A stretch of 64,000 bases of DNA from Octopus vulgaris (Eukaryota): the NCBI GenBank assembly GCA_951406725.2, contig OX597824.1, forward strand, positions 4,154,001-4,218,000, in the 5' to 3' direction. Numbering within the stretch: position 1 is the first letter of the stretch; every line of letters starts with the position of its first letter. Below are positions 27,471 through 39,535 of the stretch, in pieces. The position numbers and the translations under genes are program-made. The notes beneath the pieces were generated by a model, which saw only the letters and a program-made list of their open reading frames with translations, ran no database searches and was not told where the DNA came from.

Positions 27471-28793
27471 TAAGAAAGACTAACCTGTTGATTTAATCAC
27501 CATGTAATCTGCTGCTGTAGGAGTGAGCCGTGGGTTATTTCAGAATAACACTTTAAGTGTGGAGATGCACTTTTGTGCATTTATCAGTTCATGTTATGCA
27601 CGTGAGCCTAATAGCAAGATATTCATATATGTGTGTGTGTGTGTGTGTGTGTGCATGTAGATAGATAGATAAATAGATAGACAGAAAGACAGATAAATAG
27701 ATAGGGTTATATTGTTATATTTATAGCTGTGGGTGTGTGTGTGTGCACAGACACACATATACACGCACATTCTTTTTTTACCTTCATGTATGTTTAGTTA
27801 AGAATACAAAGTGAAAACTTACGTGTATGTGTGTATATATATATATATATATGTATGTATACATATGAGTGTGTGTGTGTGTAAAGTAAAGGGGTGAAGT
27901 ATGATACTCTGCAAATACTTACAAGTGTGAATATTTGAGTGCATCTGCGCCTGCCTGAACGCCTGCATTGCAGCATAGAATGTGAGTGTGCATGCATGTG
28001 GTTGATAAACTGTAACTTCGAAGTCACTGACAAACTTTCCCTTGTAAAGATCAACAAATACTTTCATTTACTAAAAAGCCTTGAGTGGTCCTTCGGTCAA
28101 ATGTTAAACAGCTTTTACATATAACAACAAGTATATATATATATATATACACACATATATATATGTGTGTACATTTACACACACTAACACATACGTTTGT
28201 GAGTGTGTGTGTGTGTGTGCGTGCGTGCATGTTTGTTTGTATGCGTATATGTATGCATGTGTCTATATTGATTATTGCATATGTTTATGTATCTATGTAT
28301 GCTCTACGCTACTGTCGTCTTGGCAATAATGAATGAACGAAGAAATAAACACACACACACACACACAATGCAGGCCTAGCAAGCAATTAATAACACAGCA
28401 TTATGTTTCCTCTATAAAAGAGAAAGAATAAAGGCTTAACTCTGAATTTCAATGGAAACTGGGAGAGAATGTCAGTGGAGAGCAACCTGAAGCCGGGAGT
28501 TGTGTTGGTGTATTGCCGGTTATTTGGATCCAGTTGATTGGTGATCAAATAGATTCGAGTCAATCGGTCAGCTGTTGATTTTCACTGTCAGGAGTCACTA
28601 GGATTTGTTTGCAGTGAGACCGGCTGATGTTGGTACAAAAAAAACAAGAATGAATAAGTTGGTTGGTTACCTGACTGGGAGTGAGATTGTTTCATGGTAA
28701 AACGACTGCATGCCTGGAGTGGAGAGGTAAAACTACTACGACTAGACTTTTCGCTAGGGTGAATGGGGTGGGGGGTGGGGGTTCAACAAAGGG

Positions 28794-28832
<39 letters not shown>

Positions 28833-28949
28833 GGTGAGAGGAAACAGAAAGAGTCATCGGCAAAAGAACAATAGCCAGGACATGTGAACAGTAAGCTAGA
28901 AAAGCCTGGGACATTTTGAGCTAACCACTCATGTGTACCTCTGGGAGCC

Positions 28950-30200
28950 CAAATGGGCAAAGCAAAGTGTGGAGAGACCAGCTGGCTGTACGGCTGGCCA
29001 ACTGGCTGGCTGGTTGGCTATCTCTGCCAGTGTGAGGGTGGTGTGTGGATATGAGGGTGGCTGAGGAGATAGGGTGGATGTGCGGAAAGGGTGGTGGTGG
29101 TCATATATGGAGCAGTAATGATGGTGTGGGGGAGGAAGTGAATGAGTAAAAGGAGGGGTGGAAGTGCTGGCATATGGAAGATGTGGGGTATGTAGCAGTA
29201 GGGGGTGCTATAAAGGTGGTAGGTAATTACAACAGTAGTGGTGGTGGTGGTGGTGGTGGTGACCACTGGTGTGGTGGCAGTGGCCTGAGTCAGAACAGCA
29301 GTTGGGGGAGGTAAGGGTGGTGGTAGGGGGCATGCCGAGGTGCTGGGTGTGGTGGTAGTGGATGCAGTATAGGCGGTAGTAGTGGTCTGAGTCAGTGCTT
29401 ACTTAAGGCAGTGGTGGAAAGTGGACTTGCAATGAGAGACTCATTCATAAGAAGTTGGGTGGTAGGTAGTGGTGGTGGTGGTGGTGGTGGTGGTGGTGGC
29501 GGTGGTGGTGGTGGTGGTGGTGGTGGCGGCGGCGGCTGCGGCGGCGGTGGGGGTGGGGTGGGGATGGTAGTCATATCTTACCCACCCCCATCTTTCTGCC
29601 GAAATCTGCCAGGTATGTGAGGTGGTGGATGTTGTGGTGGTGGTGGTGGTGGTCATCTGTGAAAGCAGAACTTGTAGAAGGTTGAGGTGTGTATGTGTGG
29701 AAGGGTTATGCATATCTGCGTGGGGGGTGGGTCTGGGGGAGGGTATGGGGGAAACAGCAAGGGGTGTAGGGGGAAACTGTGGTGGTGGTGGTAGTGGTGG
29801 TGGTGGAGTGCCACTGATTCACCTTTCCCTCATTTCATGGCGGAAGGGAGTTGAGGGAAGTGGTGAAAGGCAGGCAGTGTTAGTGCAAACGAAGGTACAT
29901 TGTTGTCAGTGGCGGCGGTGGTGGTGGTAGTAGTGGTGATGATGGTGGTGGTGTTGGTGGTGGTGGTGGTGGTGGTGACTGCGTGAGTCAGAGTGAAACA
30001 AATGCTTCAGCTCTTCAGTGTAGGCAGGCTATTGTGTGTGTGTGTGTGTGTGTTTCATAAGGGGAGTTGGTGTCAGGTAAGAAAAGCTAAAATCAAAGGT
30101 GGAGAGAGGTGTGTCTGGGTTGGGAGTGGAGCAGGGTGGAGTGGCATAATGTCTGGTGAGGGTGAAAGAGGAGGAAGAGCAGACAAAAGAGGCTGAAAGT
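28950..30200. repeat. G-rich, strand-skewed low-complexity block with (GGT)n/(GGC)n tracts
   Basis: Directly visible; poly-Pro/Gly/Thr ORFs are short and stop-bounded. Confidence 0.85.
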
Positions 30201-30303
30201 CACACGTAGGACACAAGACAAGGGTTTGAGTCTCGAGCCACTGGTCCCCACCCCACAAGCACACTAAGTCGCAGAAATGCATATAGACTGCACAGAGGAT
30301 GTG

Positions 30304-30334
<31 letters not shown>

Positions 30335-30780
30335 AGAGAGAGAGAGAGAGAATGAAGGAGAGACAGACAGTGCCAGGTGAGTCTTGGGTATTCTGGCGTA
30401 ACGTGTGTGAGTCGTAGTGTGTGTGTGTGTGTGTGTGAAAGAGACATCTTGCATACATATTAACTATAACAAATACAAACATCACCAGAGAGAGAAAAAG
30501 AAACAGATACACACACAAATCTTACACATACATGTACACACAGATTAAATGATGGAAACATTTGTGGTTACATTATCATGTTGATTGAGAGATGGTGGCA
30601 GTGATGGTTGTTGTATGGACATATGCATTCATATATATATATATATATATATAATAATAAATATTAGGGAATAAATCCAAATTTACAGGGGAAAAATCAG
30701 ATTTAGGATTTATTAAAATTTTATGTATTGATTAAGTCTTTCCTTGTTTGTTTTGCAAAATAGTGGTTTTGTCTCTAATA

Positions 30781-30832
<52 letters not shown>

Positions 30833-30857
30833 CATACATACACACACACATATATAT

Positions 30858-31043
30858 ATAGTTGAAATTTATAGAGAAACAAAAGACGAAGACAGGTGTA
30901 TGAACAACAAACAAGTGTTTTAGTTTGACGCTCGGGAAGAATGGAAAAGTCCTTTATGTTTCAAGCCTGTGCTCTTCAACAGAAAGAAATAAGAGAAAAC
31001 AGAGGGAGTGAAAAAAAAACTGTTAGATTTCAGTGGTCATCTA

Positions 31044-31045
<2 letters not shown>
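30858..31045 (-). mobile_element. Penelope-like terminal fragment with degenerate hammerhead motif (30951-30986)
   Basis: Reverse complement cttt-CTGTTGA-a-gagc(acag)gctt-GAAAC-ATA-aagg; core substitutions present. Confidence 0.45.
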
Positions 31046-31082
<37 letters not shown>

Positions 31083-31870
31083 GCGTGCGTGCATGCGTGT
31101 GCACGCGCATGTGTGTGTGTGTGTGAGCTTATGATATGTGGTTTGTGCCTGATGAATATGTTTGAAATACTTCTCAACGTATGAAACTATTAGCAGCACT
31201 TAAAGACCTGTATTGTGTTCTTCAGATAAATAATATTTATCTCTCACCAAATGGAGTACTTTTTTGTTGATCTTTCTATCACAGAACAGTACATTATGTG
31301 AGTGTGTGTGTATATATATATATATACACACTTGTGTATGCGTATATGTAAATGTGAGTGTGTATGGATTTCAGCATGGCCATGACATTAAGGAACTTCT
31401 TGAGTCACAAGCATGCTGTATGAGGATCAAACTGGGTGGCATCTTCAGCAAGTGTCTTCTGCCACAGCTTTGTCTGGATCAATGTTTTGTTAATAAAACA
31501 GACGGAAACTGAGGGGAAGCCCTGCATTCCTGCATGTGTATGTGCACCTGTATGTGTGTGAGTGTGTATGTTATCATCATTACTTTAATGTCCACTTTTC
31601 CATGATTGCATGGGTCAGATGAGATTCATTGAGGCCGCATCCCTTGTTGCCAATCCTCACCTGTTTCCAAACAAGGTAAGATTTTCCTTTTGATGGACAT
31701 GTCGGCACAGAAGACTGGAAACGAACCCCCACTGCTTGTATGAGGGTGATGCTCATCAACAACTCTCATGTGATGTCAAAAGGAGACACAAACACACACA
31801 TTCACATGTATAGACACATCAATACACAACATGCTTCGTTAATCTCCCATCAACTAAATCCTCTCAGGGA

Positions 31871-33018
31871 CTTTGACCATCTCAGGGCTACAACACTCAT
31901 CCAAGGTGCCATGATATGGTTCTGAAACTGAACCATGTGACTGCAAAACGAACTTCTTAAACACACAGCTAATGAGGGAACAAACTGTTTCTAGAAAGTG
32001 TACTAATAACTGTAGGGGTTAATTGGCCTAATCAAGGATCTTGAATTAAAATCCATTACATTATTTTTAGGGGGTTTTGTTCAGAACATTGTATTCTATA
32101 TGGCCCCGGTACATCTAACAGTTGGGTATAGAGATTCTATTAAGGAGCGAGTTTAATTCGTAAATTAAAGCTGATTACTCTAATGTGTTTGTGCTATTCA
32201 GAAATCCATAAATAAAGGAATGGGTTCAATAGCTAAATTAATGCTGATTGCACATTGATACATAACTCTGATAACAAAAGGTCAGGAAATTGAGTCTATT
32301 TATCACACTATTGCATGAGATAAATGAATATTTACTATATCCTTTATATTATTCAATGATCCCTGACAGGAAGGTACAGCCTCAGAAATTTTCCAAAGGA
32401 TGTTGCTGACAATACAAAGTAAAATGAAATTGTTGAATGTTGAAACTGAATCACGATTAAAGATCTGCCTCGTTTGCAGTTTACCTCTGCTTTACAACAC
32501 TCATCGAATTTCATAAACAATGTTCTATTAATGGCAGTTGACGAAATTGGGGAGGGAGGGAGAGAGAGAGAGAAAATGTGAGAGAGACAGACACAGAGGG
32601 AGGAATGAATGTATGGAATTGATGCAGATGCATTGAGTGATGTGAAATGGCTGGAAGTAACAAGTGCAGCTGGACTGGGTACTACTCAGCTTGTCAAGAG
32701 CTCAGTTTTACTCTCTTTGACAAAAGCATAAGGTATCAGGCTACTCACTCATGTGTCCTCAGCACAGTTCTGTATGTGTGCATGTGAGGGATGGTATTAT
32801 ATAAAATACTTTCACCCCATAAAAATAATGTAATGGATATTAATTCAAAATCCTTGATTAGGCCAATTAACCTCTACAGTTATTAGTACACTTTCTGGTA
32901 AAAGTTTGTCCCCTCATTAGCTGTGTGTTTAAGAAGTTCGTTTCGCAGTCACATGGTTCGGTTTCAGACCCATAACATGGCACCTTGGATGAGTGTTGTA
33001 GCCCTGAGATGGTCAAAG
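31871..33018. repeat. Long inverted repeat, arms 31871-32075 and 32814-33018
   Basis: Manual alignment: 205-nt arms, no gaps, 12 mismatches. Confidence 0.95.
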
Positions 33019-33109
33019 GAAATAAGCCACTTGAGGAAAGAACTTGACGTTTTTTTACAATGTAGAGGATATTCTCATTTGAGAATAAGTCTGGTGATGG
33101 TTCAAGCAT

Positions 33110-33235
33110 TTCATACATTATTTACATTATTTACATTTGACGGATATTTGTCCTCATCTTGTTTGTTGCTAACACAACATTTCGGCTGATATACCCTCCA
33201 GCCTTCATCAGGTGTCTTGGGGAAATTTCAAACCT
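33110..33235 (-). mobile_element. 3' part of the hammerhead-bearing element seen at 55420-55680
   Basis: Reverse complement aaatttccccaagacacctgatgaaggctggagggtatatcagccgaaatgttgtgttagcaacaaacaagatgaggacaaatatccgtcaaatgtaaataatg. Confidence 0.85.
33171..33216 (-). ncRNA. Minimal type I hammerhead ribozyme motif
   Basis: gacac-CTGATGA-a-ggctg(gagggtatat)cagcc-GAAA-tGTT-gtgtt; stem I gacac/gtgtt, 5-bp stem II. Confidence 0.65.
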
Positions 33236-33461
33236 ATCATCATCATCATCATTGTTTAACGTCCATCTTCCATATCAATAACATCTGTTCGGTTATGAAA
33301 TACAGTTGCAAGTCTGTGTTAAGGAATGGAAGGTGGGGTGTCGGGAGATTACCAAGTTGGATTAAAGGAGTTTGGAATACAACAATTGAAATAAACACGG
33401 ATAATGTAACTGAAGAAAGTGGTAAGATAAGAATACGAATCACATATGGAAATGCTAGAAC

Positions 33462-33499
<38 letters not shown>

Positions 33500-36400
33500 A
33501 TACATACATACACATATACATTTATGTACATGTATGTATAGGCTCTGATATACGCACAGACGTATGCAAAAATGCACACATAAACATGTGCCTCCCTGCA
33601 GTGCGACACGTGTCCGCTACTCCCCGTCTCCCATATCAGTCAACTGTGCATGTGCCACAAGTGTCATATAACATTGGTAGTAAAATAAACAATCAAGATG
33701 TAATCATAATAATAATCACACCTGCCACCTCTACTACCACCGCCACCACCACCACCATCATCATCATCGTCATCGTCGTCAATAGCAACTACAAACTCGT
33801 TGACAATATGACAAGTGATACAGATTGTTGAATTTTTCAAACTTATTTTAAAATGTATAGCTTCAGTATCTCACCCCGGCTCACCTAATGTGCCTGTATG
33901 CTTGCGTGAATGATCACGTGTGTGTGTGTGTGTGTGTGTGCATGTGGTGTGTGTGTGTATGTGTATATGTTTGTGTGTATGTATGTGTTTGAAAGGGTGG
34001 AGTAGTGATATAAGGAGTACAAGAAAAACTCAGGTCATGGAGCTATTTTATAGGAAAGGTAAAAAATCCTGAAGACACCACCACCACCATCATCATCCTC
34101 ATTTTACGTCCACTTTCCATGTTGTCATGGGTCGGATGGACTGCCCTGGTTCAAGTCATTTCTGATCAGGAGCTATTGCTAATTAATACTGGTTCCTGTA
34201 CATGTAATTTGGCTTGGTCTCTACAGATGGGTGTCTTCCCTGACACCAACCACTTTACAGAAGGTACAGGGTACCTTTTCTCATGACAGCAACACTAGAT
34301 TACTCAGTGATCCAAGGTGTGTGGACCAAGGAAGGGAATAAGAGAGGGGAAAATGACAGCAGAAAGGGCAGAAATGGACAGTTGGGGTGTTCATTTGCTC
34401 GGTTGACCCAGAGAGATGGGTGGAGCTAGACATTAGAAGGGTGAGAGAGGGTGAGAGGCAAGAATATGATGGGAAAGCATAATGAGAAGCGACTGGGATA
34501 TTTGGGGGTGGATTTGGTAGAAGAGTGACGAATAAAGGGTCAGTAATGGGATAAAGATAGAGAGTTGGGTAGCAATAGAGGTGACCCCCAGGAATGAGAG
34601 GGCTGGCTGGTGGGACTTCAGTCAGCACTCTCCTTCTCTGTATTGTACAGAGGATGAGGCAAGGCTAATATAACCCCTTATATGTGGGCATTTGTAGATC
34701 CATTTTTTTAGGCAGAATGGTATACATATAAGATTCCAGTACCTTATGAGTAAAATCCAATAGTATTTAAAAATGGTCGAATGACCAATTTATATACATG
34801 CATGTAGGTATGTAGGAACAAAATGAGAAACAAGAAGATAAAAGACAAAAACATAGAAAACGAACTTTTTTTCAAACAAAGAAAAAAACAAACAGAGAAA
34901 CGAGACATGCAACATAAAGAATATTCCCCTTCATCAGTTGTCCCCTGTTTTATCTACTCTGTGTTTCAAAGGTAAGATAATGAATTTATTCTTGTATCAA
35001 GGCACATTTTGCCATGGGTGGAAAGGGTATCTGTAACACTATATAACAGCAACCAGTCCCTGTTATTTCATCCATGAGGTGCAGCAACTTCAGATCAGCC
35101 TCCCCCCCCCCACTTGATCCCAAGTCTTCCTGGATCTCCTTCTCCTGCAGCAGTCATCCTCCATGTGCCACATGTGCCCATTATAGTGAAGCTTCCTCTC
35201 TTGCACATGTGATTGCTCTTATACCTAGTTTTTCTTTTAACTGTATCTATACACACACACACAAATATACATAAACACTTACACACACAAACACAAATAT
35301 AAACACATACACACACACATATTTTAACATATATGCATACAAATATCAATTTACCAGTGAGGGGGGCTGAATTTTGAGCACAGCATCTCTACCAAACACA
35401 TCACTTAGTGGAGGCTATAGAAGTAACTTTCAGATAAGAGGTTAGCACTGCTCTGTCATAAGTAGGCAAATTTTCACAGCAGAATAATTCGCTGCAGAAG
35501 CAATTAATGTCAGTATTTACAAAGTGTAGTGAGTGCAGATACTAAAGCAATTTGAAGCAAAGTATTACCTAAGCACTATGACAACACACTGATGAGGCAA
35601 AATAAGATGGTTGCTGTGAGTGCTCTGTCTGCTAAGGTGCCAGGTCATAGCAGGAATGTGGGTCTCCAGAACAAGGCAAGGGAAACACTCCATGGAGTGG
35701 ACAAAGCAAATGATGTTTTGTGATTAAATTGTTTCGGTGAGAGGAAAGGGGTCAACATCAGTAAGTACCTCAGACCCGACAACACCCTGCGTAAGCATGC
35801 ACAGTGAGGGCCCCATCCACACAGGTGTAAGTTTTGTACAGTCAACGGTTATGTGTAACAGAAACATTATAATTTCATTGAGAGGAGGCTGATGAAGGCT
35901 GAAACACCTAATGTGATGGTTGACCAGTGGTGGATCATCATCATCATCAACATCATCATTGTAATGATGCTGTTGATAGCAATGATGATGAGGGTCACTA
36001 TGACATCAACATAGAAAGCAAACTGAGTGAACTACCTATTTGTAATGAGGTGGGAGCACCACACAGTCACCTGACATGCTAGAAATAGCAACCAAATCTC
36101 ACTCTACTGTCTTTAAAATATATAAGGACACAGTAGATGATGTGTTCTGAGATAAACTGTCTAAAAAGATGGAATGGCCATAACTGGAATATCTTTGATC
36201 ATTGATCTGTTTGATCAGGATTGACTCAGAGGTCAACCATAACAACAACAACAACAACCACCAAGTTATTTATTGATGTTGTTATTGCCTTTGCGATGGC
36301 ATTCACCAGCACAACATAAACGTCTCTTCTAATATCTGTAACATTTAATAATGTTTCAGCTTGATCCCTGTGCAAAAATATATCATCAGGTTTTCCACGC

Positions 36401-37542
36401 AGAACAAATAATTATTCAACCAGTGAACTGTGTGTATATATTTACAAGGAAATACGAATGCAGAGCTGCATGCGCATATGACTATATACGCACAATATAT
36501 TCACCTGTACAAGACTATACAAGCAAATATACACACAGGTACATGTCATTGCAATGCAGTTTCACACACACACACACACACACGGCTGTGTGATGGACAA
36601 ACAAGTGTATCTGTGTGGCTATGCTTTTGTGTTGATGTGTTGCGTACATAGTCCCACACACACACATCATCATCACCATCAAGATCATTATCACCACCAC
36701 CACCACCACCACTACCACCAATATCATCATCGCCCTCATCATCATCATCATCATCATCATCGCCCCCACCACCACTGCACAAATTTTACATCCATTTTCC
36801 CATGCTGTTATGGTTTGGACAAATTATCACAACATAAGTCAATTCTTATTTGGAGTCACTTCCCCCTTAGAGGGGGACTATGTCACACTTGTACATTCCA
36901 GTTCTGGCATGGTTTCTATGCCTTGGTGCTTTCCCCTATTGCCAACTAATTTACAGAGTGTGCCTTGTGCATTTTATCATAACATCAGTACTATTGAGGC
37001 CTCATCCAAAACAAGACTAGACAGCCCTTTTTACACTATGTTGTTTTCATTCACCAGCACACACACACACACACCTCCCTTTGTCTTCCACACTTTCTTC
37101 TCTTCTTTCTCATTCTCAGTTTAACTCTGAACAAATATAAAAAAAAAGAGAATCTTCAGGACTCGACAGGCTTATAAAATGGCCAACACAAACCTATACA
37201 CGCATGCAGAGATAGATCTGAAGATTTTGCACTTGTCATCAATTGGTTGAATTGCTGTGGATAATGAAGAATCTCCTTGCTCTTCATCTCAGAGCAAAAA
37301 AAGGTAGAAGAACAGTGTTGTTACTCAAGATTTTAGAGTAACATAGCTAACAACCAAAGAAACGACCAAGGAAGCAACCCTCCCCACAGCTTCTCTCTTC
37401 CTTGATTCTAAACTCCTCCCAGTGTTTCAGTTTATTGACCTCTTCTACTAATTCTTCCATGGTCTACCTATTTTCAACATAAACCATCACCAATAGCTTG
37501 AAATTCCATATAAATAAACAGGCAGAAATGAGGATTATTCTG

Positions 37543-37690
37543 AAGGTGGTGAGATGGCAGAAACGTTAGCACGCCGGGCGAAATGCTTAGTGGTATTTCA
37601 TCTGCCGCTACGTTTTCAGTTCAAATTCCGCTGAAGTTGACTTTGCCTTTCATCCTATCGGGGTCAATAAATTGAGTACCAGTTACGCAC
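37543..37690 (+). mobile_element. Family A SINE
   Basis: ggcagaaacgttagcacgccgggcgaaatgcttag...gttcaaattccgc...tttgcctttcatcc. Confidence 0.85.
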
Positions 37691-39147
37691 ATGATGAAGA
37701 TTCCTTTATGTTGTGTCAGTAACCATGCTTAAAAAGGTTTCTGTGGACGTAGACATAGCTTGGTGTGTGTGTGTGTATGTGAGTACACATGTAATACACA
37801 TTCTAACAGTTCCGTCTATGTGGGTGTAGGCATGATTGTATGCATGTGAGTGCATGTGTGAGTTAGTGTATGTGGTACTTAACTTTCAAAAGGTCCGGTA
37901 TACCTGGTGATAGACAGGTATGGTTTGCTGGTGCAACTCTGTGTTGAAAAGGATTAATAACTGACTGTATTTTGTCACCTTAATTTAATTCCCTTTGCAA
38001 GCCTGCAGAAGGATATGAGAGAGGACTTGACCATGTAACTGGCTCCATGGCAGAGTCCCCAACCCTCTCTGTATACTTTGACACTGAACCTAAGCTCCAG
38101 TTTTGGGATCCCACATACCAACATGTTCCAAATGGCTAAAAATCCTTTATTCTTATTTCAGACTACTTCATCTTATCTGTACTTCAATTTTTTGCTGATG
38201 GCAGCGTTATTTGAAACAAAAATTTGGCTGCTATTTTTATTGGTCCAAGCAATACAAAGAGGTTCCTCATTGGCTAATTTCTGGTTTTGTTTATGACCGG
38301 CATGAAATTGTTTTTCCACAGCTCAACCTATATGAAATGCATAAATACACAGGCATGGATTTTATGGGGAAAGATTCAGGACTTGTTTGTCCATCTAAAG
38401 CTAAATCTTTATTATGTCACAGTATTTCACTGCAACACACACACAAGCAAGCAAGCATGCACACACACACACAATCGAGCATATATGTGCACACACACAC
38501 ACACACACACACAAGCATATATGTGCACACACACACACAGGCATATATGTGCACACACACACACACACCTCTTCAGTGTGGTGAATTCTCTTCAGCAGCA
38601 ATAACAATGTGATGACAGCGATTTCACCAATAAATGTTCTGCTGACTCCAGTGGTGTAGGGCATTGCTCTGGAGTTATCGGATTTCAAGTGAAGATTCAC
38701 ACCCGCCACCCCATTCACCTACCTTCCATCTCTCCATCCACCTTATCCATAAAGACCTCCTAAAAACGCAAGTGTCACCTTCCATAACTATATTAACTGC
38801 ATGCAGCGATCAGTTTATTTTCTCATTATTCAAAGAAGCGATTGTTTTTGCTGAGGGCAGAGGTCTTCATTTCAAATACTCACATGGCCACAGGTACACA
38901 CTTATACACATGCACACACACACATATAAGGGAGCAGGAATAACTGTATGGATAAGAAGTTTACTTTATGTAACAACATGGTGGTTCTGGTTTCAGTTCC
39001 ACTCAATAATGCAGAAGTGGAATTTCATACATGGAAACTGTGCAGAAGCTTGTCAGTCTATAAACATGTGTGTATGTGTGTACACACACACACACACATA
39101 TATATATGTGTGTACACCCCCACTGCATGAACAGAATTTCTCTTTTA

Positions 39148-39535
39148 AAAGGCGGCAAGCAAGCAGAAACATTAGCACGCTGGGTGAAATGCTTAGCCGC
39201 ATTTCGACTGCCGTTACGTTGTGAGTTCAAATTCCGCCGAGGTCAACTTTGCCTTTCATCCTTCGGGGTCGATTAAATAAGTACCAGTTATGCACTGGGG
39301 TTCGATATAATTGACTTAATCCGTTTGTCTGTACTTGTTTCTCCCTTCTGTGTTTAGCCCCTTGTGAGTAGTAAAGAAATAGGTATTTTGCCTGTCTTTA
39401 CATTCTGAGTGCACATTCCGCTGAGATTGACTCTGCCTTCTACTCTTTCAGGGTCAATAAATTAAGTACCAGTAGTGTACTGGGGTCAACTGCCCCCTCC
39501 CCCTAAATTTTGGGCCTTGTGCCTAGAGTAGAAAA
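39148..39535 (+). mobile_element. Family A SINE plus a second partial unit (dimer-like)
   Basis: Full unit to ~39380 followed by a repeat of the B-box/central domain and a different tail. Confidence 0.8.

Noticed and set aside
28973-29025. Hairpin accagctggctg...tggctggctggt
   Set aside because: Explained by a degenerate (TGGC)n repeat with many G-U pairs.
29018-29930. Poly-Pro/Gly/Thr ORFs suggesting a formin-like or low-complexity exon
   Set aside because: Short, stop-bounded in every frame and derived from (GGT)n; no flanking domain or convincing splice sites.
29270-30605. Several GGCAGTG (miR-34 seed) matches
   Set aside because: Easily generated from degenerate (GGT/GGC/AGT) triplet repeats; no 3' pairing.
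33217-33831. 204-aa ORF
   Set aside because: Patchwork of a repeat end, (CAT)n, (CA)n and (ACC)n tracts; no recognisable domain.
34925-34975. Permuted hammerhead (GAAAC...CTGATGA on the minus strand)
   Set aside because: No stem I can form between the putative cleavage site and the CUGAUGA box.
35885-35910. aggCTGATGAaggctGAAACacct hammerhead-like text
   Set aside because: Stem II is too short and there is no NUH cleavage triplet.
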